Origin: an uncultured Nitrososphaerales archaeon
GTDB lineage: Archaea > Thermoproteota > Nitrososphaeria > Nitrososphaerales > Nitrososphaeraceae
Assembly: GCA_963695855.1 (NCBI GenBank)
Contig: CAVOHZ010000010.1
Location: 32,001 to 96,000 of the forward strand
Direction of reading: 5' to 3'
DNA length: 64,000 nucleotides
Shown here in pieces: positions 43,688 through 54,417 of this stretch. The position numbers and the translations under genes were made by a program. Position 1 is the stretch's first letter. Every line of letters begins with the position of its first letter. The notes beneath the pieces are model-generated. The model was not told the DNA's origin and searched no databases. It saw nothing but the letters and a program-made list of their open reading frames with translations.

Positions 43688-45213
43688 TTATGCAGGGCAG
43701 AGATTTATGACAGATACACTATTACTACCAAATGAATTGCCCACATACATTCTCTTATTTACTGGGTCATAGGCTATACCAATTGGGTTATTTCCTACGT
43801 CAATTGTATTGATTACGGTGTTTGTTGTTGTATCAATTACAGAGACTTTACCTGGAACAGAACTACCTTGATTGGTCACATACATATCCCGATTTATGGG
43901 GTCAAAGGTTACAAATACTGGTAGGGCGAATGACGGATCCGTAATTGTTTTAATTACCATGTTTGTATTGGTAAAAATCACAGAGACAGTACCACCACTA
44001 AAATTGGTCACGTACATTCTGTTATTTACTGGGTCATAGGTTATATCAGTTGGTCCATCGCCTACTGTAATTGGACCGGCTACTACTGTGTTTGAATCGG
44101 TATCAATTACAGATACAGTATCATCGTCAAAATTGGTCACATACATTCTTTGATGATCTGGGTCATACGCTACACCCCATGGTCCATTACCTACTGTAAT
44201 TGGGGTTATTCCGTCTCCTACAATTCCATTAGTATCGATTTGAACTGGTGGGTTTTGTGTTGTATCAATTACAGAGACTGTATTGCTGCCAAGATTGGTC
44301 ACATACATTCTTTGATGTCCTGTTTCTGGGTCATAGGCTAAAGTAAGTGGTCTAGGTCCTACTGTAATTGGACCGGGGATTAAAGCTGGTGGGGTCGATG
44401 TAGTATTAATTCTAGAAACAGTAGTACCGCCAAACTCATTAGTGGTCACATACATCTGCTGATGAACAGGGTCATAGGCTATACCAAATGGGTCAGGTCC
44501 CAAACCTGGAATTGGAGTGCCCTCAATTTGTGCGTTTGTTGCTGTAGCAATTACAGATACACTATCACCTCCTTGAGTGACTACATACATTCTCTTATTT
44601 ACTGGGTCATATGCGATATCTTTTGGATTACGAATACTTCAGGTATAGGATTTGGATCAACTGTTACATCACATGGAAATATTGCCGGCAATAATGCTTT
44701 TTCGAAACAGTCAAAGAGACCCTGTACTACTCTATCTATCTCTGTATTTGTTTGAGATTTTACACCATTTTCTATTGCAGCCAATGCAACTTCTGGAGAA
44801 AAACCTAGGTCAAATACTTCATATTTAAGAGCAAGCTCTAGGTTTTCACAAATTTTAGACAGTTGTGCTGTATCATACGGGGCTGAATTTGATCCGGTCG
44901 TTAAACATGTTGCTCCCGAAACTATTGGTGATTTGTTACTACAATTTATATTATCAAAATTGACAATATTTATTGCTTTAATCAATGCATTGAGGAGAGT
45001 CATTGTTTGTGGAGCATTCAAGAAATTTAACCAATATTTTATACATTCTTCACATATTATTTGTTCATCCGTTAATTCCGATTGACTTGCCGAACCTGCT
45101 TGAGCTTGAAAAGTGGATACCGGTATTGCAGATACCTGCATTGGTATACTTGCCGTCGTTGCTAAAAAAAGCATGCTTACCAATGAGAGACCTAATATAG
45201 TTGACTTATGCAT
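43688..45213 (-). CDS. Secreted 7-bladed YVTN beta-propeller protein with N-terminal Cys-rich helical domain (frameshift near 44632)
   Basis: Seven (Y/F)DP..MYV blades; ORF 44599-45213 supplies the signal peptide and [12 protein letters not shown] domain; junction reads [17 protein letters not shown]. Confidence 0.85.
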
Positions 45214-45769
45214 TAATTGATTGCTATCTTATTATTATATTAGAATTACGAGAAATTTTTATTTGATCTCAATTGGAAGATTATTCTTAACAAGTTCCTA
45301 CAAAATCATTAAAGATACAATATAAGAGAAATATTATAAAGCAATTAAAGTTTGGAATATTCTAGTATTTTCGTTACAATTTTTTTAACTATACAAACTA
45401 TCATAAGATCATAAGTATATTGACAAGTAGAAATTATACAACACAAAAAGGTTTCTAAAATTATCAAAAATATTTAATGAAGAACTAACAATAGAATAAT
45501 ATGCAGGCTTCATATGAAGTTAAATTATCAAATATTTGTCTATCATTTTCTTAATATAAAAAATAAAATAAATAGGATCGTCAAGGTAAGAATAATAGAT
45601 TTATTGTATATTTAACCTTTATAAAATTTTTGAGAGGTTCTACAAGAACTTTCTTTGAAAAACGTTTTTTGCACTTTGCTTCCACTTGATCGTTGTTCTA
45701 ACTTGGCCTTCCTGATGCAAGAGCTTCCTTAAATTTTTATTCTTATCTTTATATTAAAGAATTTAATCT

Positions 45770-47056
45770 ATGGAACCAAAAAAATCAGTTATTTCCGCCA
45801 CTCGTGCAGCAAATGATACGCAATCATCTGATTACAGAAAGGGTGACCAAATAGAGAAAGGAAAACTTTCCTATGAATGGGCATTAAAATCGATGAAAAT
45901 TGTTACAAGGATTATGGGAAAAGAGAGTGGAAAAAAACCACTTTCCGGTCTAAAAGTTGCATTTTGTCTTCACATTACAAAGGAAACATCTGTCTTGGTT
46001 ATGGCAGCTAAAAAACTGGGTGCTAAAGTTTTATTGTGTTCGGCAAATCCCCTATCTGTCCAAGAAGATATTCTTGAATTTCTGAAAAGTAACGATGTCA
46101 CTGTTTTTGCAAAGAAAGATCAAAGTGAAAAAGACTACATTGAAAATATATCAAGAACTGTTGAATGTAGACCCGATTTGATAGTAGATGATGGCTCAGA
46201 GATGCATATTTTAGCACATAAAAAGAAATTGAAAAGCGTAATTGGAGGAACAGAAGAGACAACTTCCGGAATTCACAGGCTAGTTGTCTTGGATCACAAA
46301 AAAAGTCTTTTGTATCCTCTAATAGGCGTAAACAACGCCTATACCAAATATCTTTTCGATAATAGATATGGAACCGGTCAGAGTACAGTAGATGGAATAC
46401 TCAGAACCACGTCTATCTTTATTCCTGGCAAGAATTTTGTTGTATGCGGTTATGGTTGGGTTGGAAAAGGTGTATCATCTTGTCTACGTGGTTTGGGAGC
46501 TAAAGTCACGGTTACCGAAGTTGACCCAATAAAAGCACTGGAAGCTTATATGGATGGATTTAATGTCTCAAGAATGAAAGATGTTGCAGGTATGGGAGAC
46601 TTTTTCATAACATGTACAGGACAAAGAAGTGTCATTAGAAAAGAACATATTGACCAGATGAAAGACGGAGTGTTCATTGCGAACGCAGGACACTTTGATG
46701 TTGAAATAGACATTGATTATTTACATACGAAAGATAAATGTCCAAAACAAGTAAGACCATATGTTCAAAGCTTCAACGTTGGAGGTAAAAAAGTAAATCT
46801 AGTGTCTAATGGCAGGGTAATTAATTTAGTTGGAGCTGAAGGACATGCCCCAGAAGTCATGGCACTTTCTTTTGCAAATCAGCTACTATCCATCATACAT
46901 CTTGCAAAAAATTATAAAAAAATGGAAAAAAGACTTTATCCAGTACCATCAACCATTGATAACAAAATAGCCGAATACGCGTTAGATTCTTTTAGCATAG
47001 TAATTGATAAACTGACTAGAGAACAAATAGCATACCATAAAAAGGCTTATTTTTGA
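45770..47056 (+). CDS. ahcY: S-adenosylhomocysteine hydrolase
   Basis: CLHITKET, EETTSG, FDNRYGTGQS, GYGWVGKG, NAGHFDVE. Confidence 0.97.
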   Translation: MEPKKSVISATRAANDTQSSDYRKGDQIEKGKLSYEWALKSMKIVTRIMGKESGKKPLSGLKVAFCLHITKETSVLVMAAKKLGAKVLLCSANPLSVQEDILEFLKSNDVTVFAKKDQSEKDYIENISRTVECRPDLIVDDGSEMHILAHKKKLKSVIGGTEETTSGIHRLVVLDHKKSLLYPLIGVNNAYTKYLFDNRYGTGQSTVDGILRTTSIFIPGKNFVVCGYGWVGKGVSSCLRGLGAKVTVTEVDPIKALEAYMDGFNVSRMKDVAGMGDFFITCTGQRSVIRKEHIDQMKDGVFIANAGHFDVEIDIDYLHTKDKCPKQVRPYVQSFNVGGKKVNLVSNGRVINLVGAEGHAPEVMALSFANQLLSIIHLAKNYKKMEKRLYPVPSTIDNKIAEYALDSFSIVIDKLTREQIAYHKKAYF

Positions 47057-47642
47057 TCAAAAATATTAAGAAAATTATAGTCTTTGCTATCTTAATTGTA
47101 AAAAATTTTTTAAAAATAATTTTGATATCATTTCTATTTCTTTTTTTGGTTTTCAACTAAGAAAATCAGGATCAATATTAAATATTAGGCCTACCTAATA
47201 CTAATTCCAGTCAATCAAACAACAACGGAGATGATTCATCATCTCTTCCCTCCTGCCCAATAAATATGATATATCTGAAGAAAAGGATGAGAAAAAATCC
47301 ATAGAGCAAGACCTCATGAGACCAAGCATCAATCAGATATCATCATTTTATCCAATGAAATTCTCTTCTTTTCTGCTTGGCTCGCTTATAATGCTACATA
47401 GAAAAGCAAAATAGTTTTGACATATCAAAAGATCAAAAATACTCTATTTTCTATTTCTTTTTTTTTTTGCTATTACCTTCCAAATCATTCATCTAGACCA
47501 TTCCGAATTAAAAATTCTTCAGTTTTGACTCCTCTCTCTGTCTGTATTGGAGAAAATATCCCAAGCCTATCAATTACAAATTAAGTGAGTAGTTATCTCC
47601 TAATGGCATATATATACAGCAATAAGAATTCTCTTAATAATA

Positions 47643-49355
47643 ATGCGCGATATTGTGACTTCCTCCATTCTAAAAGATAGATTTGAGGATACAGTAATAA
47701 TTACAACAGCATTACCATACGCAAATGGAGAGATTCATTTAGGCCACATCTCTTCTACTTATCTTCCAGCAGATATTTTTACGAGGTTTCTACGACTTTT
47801 AAAAATAAAAGTATACCATGTTTGTGCATCAGACGATTTTGGAACGCCGATCTTGATAAAAGCAGAAAATGAGGGAAAGACACCTGAAGAGTTTGTCGCA
47901 TACTGGAATAAGAGAGATCAGGAAGATTTTAAATCGCTTGAAATTGATTTTGATAAATTCTCTAAAACAAGTTCACCTGAAAATTATGAGTTTGTCAGGT
48001 ACGTGTTTAATCGCCTTAAAGAAAATGGTCACATATATGAAAAGGAAGTGATTCAATTTTATTGTGACTTTGACAAAAAATTTCTTCCAGACAGATACGT
48101 AGTGGGTACATGTCCTTATTGTAAATCAGAGGACCAGTATTCTGACCTTTGTGAGAAATGTGGAAGGGTGCCAGAACAAATCCTAAATCCGAAATGTGGA
48201 ATTTGTGGAAGAACTCCAGTTAAAAAGAGTAGTAATCACTACTTTTTCAAACTTTCAAATTTTTCAAGCCAGTTAAAAGATTGGCTTTCAAATAACGATA
48301 ATCTTCAAAATGACATCAAAAATTATGTTCTAAACTGGGTAGCGGACGGACTAGAGGATTGGGACATTACAAGGGATCTTGACTGGGGCATAAACATTCC
48401 CATCAACGGAGCTGAAGGTAAAGTATTTTATGGATGGTTTGACAATCATCTGTGTTATATCTCAACTTTATTAACATTGACCGGAGAAAAAGAACCTATA
48501 GTAGATGGAAAAGAAGTATGGAATAACTCTACAATTTATCATTTCATAGGAAAAGATATCGTCTACCATCATTTTCTTTTCTTGCCTGCAATAAGAATGG
48601 GAATAAACAATGAATACAAACTACCCGATAATATTCCGGTTAGAGGACATTTAATGTTACATGATAAAAAAATATCAAAAAGTAGAAACTGGTATATTGG
48701 ATTGAAAGATTTTCTTTCTAGATTTAGTCCAGACTATCTGCGTTTTTATATTTCTTCTATCAGTGTTTCAAATCAAGACGATGTAAATTTTGACTGGGAT
48801 ATGTTTTTTAACAAAATTAACAACGAATTGATAGACACTATTGGAAATTTCATAAACCGAACTCTCTCCTTCACCAAAAGGACTTTTGAAGGAAGGGTTC
48901 CAGAACCAAACGAGTATGATGCAGATGACCAGAAAAGCATAGATGAAATAAAAAATATAGCATGGGAAGTGGGATCATTTCTTGAAAAGACAGAGACTGA
49001 CAAGGCCCTGAAAAGTATTTTGAGATTTGCAAGTTACTTTAATCAGTATTTTCAAAAGAAAGCACCTTGGAGTAACAAAGAAGCAGCACCCACCACACTA
49101 TTTATTTCAATAAATGCAGTCAGATCACTTGCAATTTTATTATTACCTTTCATCCCACAATCTGCAGAAAAAATATGGATGCAGTTGATGGGAACGGCTG
49201 CTGCTGCAGAAAATCAATCTCTTTGCCAACAAAACTGGGACGACATTGCTGAACTGAAAATAAAACCAGGGCACCAGATAGGAGAGATCAAACCATTATT
49301 TAGGAAAATAGAGAAGAAAGAGATAGAGATAGAGAAAACAAAATTAGGAGCGTAA
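47643..49355 (+). CDS. metG: Methionine--tRNA ligase
   Basis: TTALPYANGEIHLGH, Zn knuckles, WDITRD, KISKS. Confidence 0.97.
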   Translation: MRDIVTSSILKDRFEDTVIITTALPYANGEIHLGHISSTYLPADIFTRFLRLLKIKVYHVCASDDFGTPILIKAENEGKTPEEFVAYWNKRDQEDFKSLEIDFDKFSKTSSPENYEFVRYVFNRLKENGHIYEKEVIQFYCDFDKKFLPDRYVVGTCPYCKSEDQYSDLCEKCGRVPEQILNPKCGICGRTPVKKSSNHYFFKLSNFSSQLKDWLSNNDNLQNDIKNYVLNWVADGLEDWDITRDLDWGINIPINGAEGKVFYGWFDNHLCYISTLLTLTGEKEPIVDGKEVWNNSTIYHFIGKDIVYHHFLFLPAIRMGINNEYKLPDNIPVRGHLMLHDKKISKSRNWYIGLKDFLSRFSPDYLRFYISSISVSNQDDVNFDWDMFFNKINNELIDTIGNFINRTLSFTKRTFEGRVPEPNEYDADDQKSIDEIKNIAWEVGSFLEKTETDKALKSILRFASYFNQYFQKKAPWSNKEAAPTTLFISINAVRSLAILLLPFIPQSAEKIWMQLMGTAAAAENQSLCQQNWDDIAELKIKPGHQIGEIKPLFRKIEKKEIEIEKTKLGA

Positions 49356-49365
49356 TTTATCTAAT

Positions 49366-50013
49366 ATGAAGCATATTGACAAAGTAGTGACAGAGAAAGG
49401 TAGCGAAACAAGAAGAAGTAGAAGAAGAAAAACAAGAACAAGAAAAGAGACCAAAACAAGTCTTATTATAGGTAGATTTCAGCCCTTTCATAAAGGACAT
49501 CTAGAGCTTGTCCGACAGGTCCTAAAAGATTCTGATAAATTGATAATAGTGATTGGCAGTTCTCAATATAACTACATTTTTAAAGATCCCTTTACAGCCG
49601 GAGAAAGAATTGAAATGATTCACGATACCCTCGTCTACGAGGGAATCGATCTTTCTAGGATCCATATTATTCCTTTATCAAACATTGAAAATAATTCAAT
49701 GTGGATAGCATATCTACAATCTATGACTCCTGAATTTAACGTTATTTACTCTGGCAACGAATTTGTGTCTACTTTGGCCTCTGATAGTAGTAGTGGATAT
49801 AGAAAAAAGAGTGAATTGAATTTAGAAGTAAGAAGGCCAATCTTCAATAAAAAGGAAATGTATAATGGAGAAAATATTAGAAATCTCATAATATCTGGAA
49901 AAAAATGGCAACATTTAGTACCAAAACAGGTAATAGATGTAATTGAAAGGATTGATGGTGTTGAAAGGATAAGAGTAATATCCAGAACTGATTCAAATCC
50001 ACAAAAATGGTGA
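49366..50013 (+). CDS. nadM: Nicotinamide-nucleotide adenylyltransferase
   Basis: GRFQPFHKGH, IGSSQ, PFTAGER. Confidence 0.93.
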   Translation: MKHIDKVVTEKGSETRRSRRRKTRTRKETKTSLIIGRFQPFHKGHLELVRQVLKDSDKLIIVIGSSQYNYIFKDPFTAGERIEMIHDTLVYEGIDLSRIHIIPLSNIENNSMWIAYLQSMTPEFNVIYSGNEFVSTLASDSSSGYRKKSELNLEVRRPIFNKKEMYNGENIRNLIISGKKWQHLVPKQVIDVIERIDGVERIRVISRTDSNPQKW

Positions 50014-50019
50014 TCATGT

Positions 50020-50151
50020 ATAGCCAAAAAGAGAATCTGTCCGATATGTTCTTATTGCGGATCAAAAAAATTTAAAATCATCGATAGAGACGATAAACAT
50101 AATAAAGTAATACTTCAATGTATAAAATGTCTTGGTTTAACAAATTTATAA
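50020..50151 (+). CDS. Small zinc-ribbon protein (below the ORF-track cutoff, no ATG)
   Basis: IAKKRICPICSYCGSKKFKIIDRDDKHNKVILQCIKCLGLTNL*. Confidence 0.55.
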   Translation: MAKKRICPICSYCGSKKFKIIDRDDKHNKVILQCIKCLGLTNL

Positions 50152-50328
50152 AAGATATACGAACGATTGATCGGTCTTGCGTAACAGAATAAACTTTCTT
50201 TCCTATCCTATAATTTGTCTGTTATATATTTCATATATTCTACAGCATAAATAAACATGATAGATAATGAAAATATTATTGACCAGTTTTGTTTTCAACG
50301 TCTATTCAATTATACTAATTGATTACTA

Positions 50329-50694
50329 TTATTCTTTTTCTATTTCTGTCTTTACGATTTTTACCAAGCCGTCTATGGATATAGGTTTTTTAATAAAAGA
50401 TTCCGAAAGTTCTTTAACTTTTTCATTATCCCAGTCATATGCCGTTAAAAAACATATTTTGATCTTTTTATCTTTCTCTCTAATTTTTTTAAATAATTCT
50501 ATCCCATCCATTTCTGGCATTCTTAAGTCTAATAATGCCATATTGTAATATCCTGGTTTAAATTTTGCTAGTGCCTCTATTGGATTAGTAAATACATCAA
50601 CTAAAAATTCATTATGTTGCAATCCAAGATTAAAAGATAAAGCTATATCCTTATCGTCATCTACGAGCAAAATTTTTTTATCGCTGCTCATCAT
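50329..50694 (-). CDS. Single-domain response regulator
   Basis: ILLVDDD, LLDLRMPEMDG, FLTA, KKP. Confidence 0.95.
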   Translation of the reverse strand: MMSSDKKILLVDDDKDIALSFNLGLQHNEFLVDVFTNPIEALAKFKPGYYNMALLDLRMPEMDGIELFKKIREKDKKIKICFLTAYDWDNEKVKELSESFIKKPISIDGLVKIVKTEIEKE

Positions 50695-50752
50695 TTCAAT
50701 TATTAACTTGTTGATTATTTATCCATTTTTACTATTATCAATCATGACAAAC

Positions 50753-52618
50753 TCATTCAAGTTCTTTCTCTTGTTTGGTTACATTGCTTAATAATGGTAT
50801 GGTAAAATAAAATGCTGCTCCACTTCTGCCATCTTTATCATTGTTCTCTGCCCATATCTTACCACCATGAGCTTCAATTATATTTTTAGAAATATACAAT
50901 CCTAATCCTATTCCTTGAAAGGATTTTGTGATAAACTTTGAAAATAACTTTGGAAATATTTCTGAATCTATCCCTTCACCTGTATCCCTTACAGTGACTA
51001 GAGCGTATCTGTCATCTTTTTTCTCTGCATTAACAAATATCTCTCCTTCTTTTGTAAATTTTATGGCATTACTTATAAGGTTAGAAATTACTTGACTAAT
51101 TCTTTCTTTATCTGCCTCCACGATTAAAGTTTCTTTAGATGGTTCAGAAAATAACTTGATATTCTGCCTACCGTCATCTTCTATCAGTGTACAATAGTCA
51201 TTTACGACCGTTGATAATAGATCATTTAAATTGAAAGGTTCCTTTTCCAACTTTAGTGATTTGCTTTCAATTTTAGTAACATCCAATATTTCGCTAGATA
51301 GTCTTTGAAGTCTAGTGGCATTTCGTTGTATCCCTTCTATGAACACTTCTTGTTTTTCAGGATGCATTGACAAGAGCTGTGAATAGCTCAGAATGGATTG
51401 AATTGGTGTCTTTATCTCATGGCTTGCTACGTTAATAAATTCACTTTGCATTCTATCTTGAACTTTTAGCTCTTCATTAACTCGGGAAAGCTCTTTATTG
51501 GACATTAAAAACTGTTTGTTAGAATGTTCTAATTCTTTAGTTCTTTTCTTTACCAGATTATTAAGAATAAGATTCCACTTTACTAGAAATATTACTAGAG
51601 CAATGATTGCAACGATACTACCTATAATTAATGAAAGCGTTTTTATTTTCTCTCCAAGTAGCACACTATTAATTTCTGAATATAACGAATTAGTAGGAGT
51701 AACTACCATAATAAAATATTCTGGTATTTCACTTATCAAAACTGGATAGGTAGTAGTCAGTCTTTCTCCCCTACCATAGTCATAAACAGCATACCTGGGC
51801 TTGCCTTCTAACAGGTCTTGTGTAATGTTCTCTAATATAATATTATGATTTGTGAAATTTTGTACTGTTTCACCAAAAAAATGTTTTCCAACGAGATTCT
51901 CATCTGCACCAACTGCGAGTAGATTAGCATTATTATCATATACAACCAAAAATTGAGAGTTAATGTCATGAACATTTCCATGATGTTCAAAAAATGATTC
52001 GGTAGGAATTTTGGTTTCTACTAGACCCATATATTGCCCATTATCTTGGTTTATTATTGGAGCAGCCAGTGCTATCTTAAATATATTATCTGTTCCATTA
52101 AATCCATTTGAAAAAACTGGTTGAAGGGTATTTTTTGTCTCCTTTATGTATTCTCTTAATGAAATATCCTTGTTAACGAGACTTTTTTTTCCTTCAGCTA
52201 CTCTATCATATGTTACTATGCCATCTTTGTTAACAAGGTAGAGGCCGTCAACTTTGGTAATTTTATTAAGGACCAGATATTTATCTTCAAAAAATTTTTT
52301 AAATCTATCATCATATGATTTACCATCTTGAAGCGAAGTTATATCTGCTACTGCCTGAACATTTGACATAATCAATTCAAGCTCTGAGCTAATGTGGTCA
52401 GCCATAACGTGTGTCGACTCCATTTGATTGTCTCTGAACTTGTTAAATATGCCTTGTTTGATATTCACTTCTGTAATATTCTGTTGATAAAAGAACAAAC
52501 CAAATGTAAAAATGATTATAAACACTATTGAAATAATTCCTATCTCTTTCTTCTTTCTAGAGAGAAGATTTTTGTTGTGAGTTATCTTTTCTTTGGTATC
52601 CAATAATAAATTATACAA
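50753..52618 (-). CDS. Membrane sensor histidine kinase with extracellular Cache-type domain
   Basis: Two TMs, SHEIKTP H-box, NLISNAIKF, DTGEGI, GIGLGLYIS. Confidence 0.95.
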   Translation of the reverse strand: MYNLLLDTKEKITHNKNLLSRKKKEIGIISIVFIIIFTFGLFFYQQNITEVNIKQGIFNKFRDNQMESTHVMADHISSELELIMSNVQAVADITSLQDGKSYDDRFKKFFEDKYLVLNKITKVDGLYLVNKDGIVTYDRVAEGKKSLVNKDISLREYIKETKNTLQPVFSNGFNGTDNIFKIALAAPIINQDNGQYMGLVETKIPTESFFEHHGNVHDINSQFLVVYDNNANLLAVGADENLVGKHFFGETVQNFTNHNIILENITQDLLEGKPRYAVYDYGRGERLTTTYPVLISEIPEYFIMVVTPTNSLYSEINSVLLGEKIKTLSLIIGSIVAIIALVIFLVKWNLILNNLVKKRTKELEHSNKQFLMSNKELSRVNEELKVQDRMQSEFINVASHEIKTPIQSILSYSQLLSMHPEKQEVFIEGIQRNATRLQRLSSEILDVTKIESKSLKLEKEPFNLNDLLSTVVNDYCTLIEDDGRQNIKLFSEPSKETLIVEADKERISQVISNLISNAIKFTKEGEIFVNAEKKDDRYALVTVRDTGEGIDSEIFPKLFSKFITKSFQGIGLGLYISKNIIEAHGGKIWAENNDKDGRSGAAFYFTIPLLSNVTKQEKELE

Positions 52619-52828
52619 ATGGGCTGGGTGATAATTATTTTATTATTTTATTCGCTCAAATAATAAATAAAATACATTTTCCAAAATGGTACAAGACCCT
52701 CTTATTTTAGATCTTTTTACAGGTTTTGATATGTATAATTTTCAGTACCGAGATTCTCAAATATCGTCAAGAATCAAAATTATAACTTATAACATTTTTT
52801 GTTTATATCTGTAAGCTTGTAAATACCA

Positions 52829-54253
52829 TCACATTAAAAGTATCATAATAGTTAAAACAAGGGAACCAGTTGCTACTGTTATTAACATAAAGGGGAAACC
52901 TACCTTGAACCATTTCAAGAAGCTGATTTTGTTTCCGTATTTTAAAGATATACCTGCTGCTACTACACCTGCACTAGAACCTATCAGGGTCCCATTACCA
53001 CCAAGGTCTGCACCAATGGCAAGTGCCCACCAAAGTGGGCTATACTGCAAGGTACTAAAGTCTTGATCCATATTCACATTTAGGTTCAAATTCTCAATTA
53101 TTGGTACCATGGTCGTGGTAAATGGAATATTGTCAACAAATGCGCTAGCCAAAGCAGATAACCATATTATCGAATGAAGAGTTACCCATGGATCGCCTCC
53201 AGTAATCCCCAAAGTTAGAATAGATAGGGTTTCAATCAAACCTGATTTTTCTGCAACTCCTACCACAACAAATAATCCTGCGAAGAAAATAAGCGTTGAC
53301 CAATCTACTTCTTGAAGGATTTTATCCACGTGTGATCTACTTATCGTTAGAAGAATTGCAGATCCTCCAAGGGCGATAATTGAAACTTCAAGATGAAGAG
53401 ATCCATGAAAAGAGAAGAGAAAAATTACTCCAAAAAGAACTCCAAGACTTTTTAAAAGCAGAGTTTTATCTCTTATTAAAGATTCTTCGTCTACTGATCT
53501 GAACTTGTTAGAAATATTGATCGTCCCTTGGAGATCATTTCTAAAAATTATCTTGATTAAAAACAAAGCTACGACAAACGTAACTAAAGAAGGCGGTCCC
53601 ATGTGAATTATAAAAGCATTAAAATCAATATTGGCGGCAGAACCAATTATGATATTTGGTGGGTCACCTATCAAAGTTGCAGCCCCTCCGATATTAGAGG
53701 ATAAAGTTTGTGCCAAGATGAAAGAGATTGGAGAAATGTCCAGTGCTCTACATATTGATATTGTGACGGGAACCATTAGCAAAATGATAGTAACATTATC
53801 GACAAACATTGAGGTGATCGCTGTAAATGAACATAATATCAGCATAAGTTTCCAAAGATTGCCTTTACTTAGTCTAGTCGCCTTCAAACCTACCCAGTTA
53901 AATACACCTGTTTCTCCAATTATTGCAACAATTATCATCATGCCAAGTAGCAAGCCTATCGTGTTGAAGTCTATGAGGTCAATGATTACATCCAGTGCTT
54001 CTACAGGTTGTACAACCTCAAAAAAAATACCAGTGACAACTATCGCTAATGCGCCTACTAATGCTAGTGAGGTTCTATGAAGTAACTCGAAAGATAATAC
54101 AATGTAAATTGTGATCATTAGGGAGGCAGAAAACAACATGGCAGGATTGATTTGTTTCCCAATAATTGATGGAATACTGAAAATGATTAATGATAACGCA
54201 AATATTATTATTAATGCAAAAATGTTTTTCTGTGAAAAGTACAGTCTTACCAT
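52829..54253 (-). CDS. ArsB/NhaD (ion transporter superfamily) permease
   Basis: VDNVT, NIGGAATLIGDPPN, DNIPF, GGNGTLIGSSA. Confidence 0.9.
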   Translation of the reverse strand: MVRLYFSQKNIFALIIIFALSLIIFSIPSIIGKQINPAMLFSASLMITIYIVLSFELLHRTSLALVGALAIVVTGIFFEVVQPVEALDVIIDLIDFNTIGLLLGMMIIVAIIGETGVFNWVGLKATRLSKGNLWKLMLILCSFTAITSMFVDNVTIILLMVPVTISICRALDISPISFILAQTLSSNIGGAATLIGDPPNIIIGSAANIDFNAFIIHMGPPSLVTFVVALFLIKIIFRNDLQGTINISNKFRSVDEESLIRDKTLLLKSLGVLFGVIFLFSFHGSLHLEVSIIALGGSAILLTISRSHVDKILQEVDWSTLIFFAGLFVVVGVAEKSGLIETLSILTLGITGGDPWVTLHSIIWLSALASAFVDNIPFTTTMVPIIENLNLNVNMDQDFSTLQYSPLWWALAIGADLGGNGTLIGSSAGVVAAGISLKYGNKISFLKWFKVGFPFMLITVATGSLVLTIMILLM

Positions 54254-54417
54254 GTTTCATCAGTTTTTACAGGATTATCATCATAACCTTTTAAATTGGT
54301 CTGATCGTATTTTATAAACTTTTAAGTTTGAAAAAAAGGACATTGTGATATGTAATCTCGGCAGAGATAATGAAAATATTGCTCGTTGGAGAAAAACGAA
54401 TTTTTTTTAATCTAAAT

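Noticed and set aside
45620-45725. Riboswitch or small divergent ORF upstream of ahcY
   Set aside because: No recognisable SAH/SAM riboswitch consensus; similarity to 40.2 kb is explained by local duplication.
47180-47590. Possible gene or IS remnant between ahcY and metG
   Set aside because: No motif or terminal repeat could be identified.
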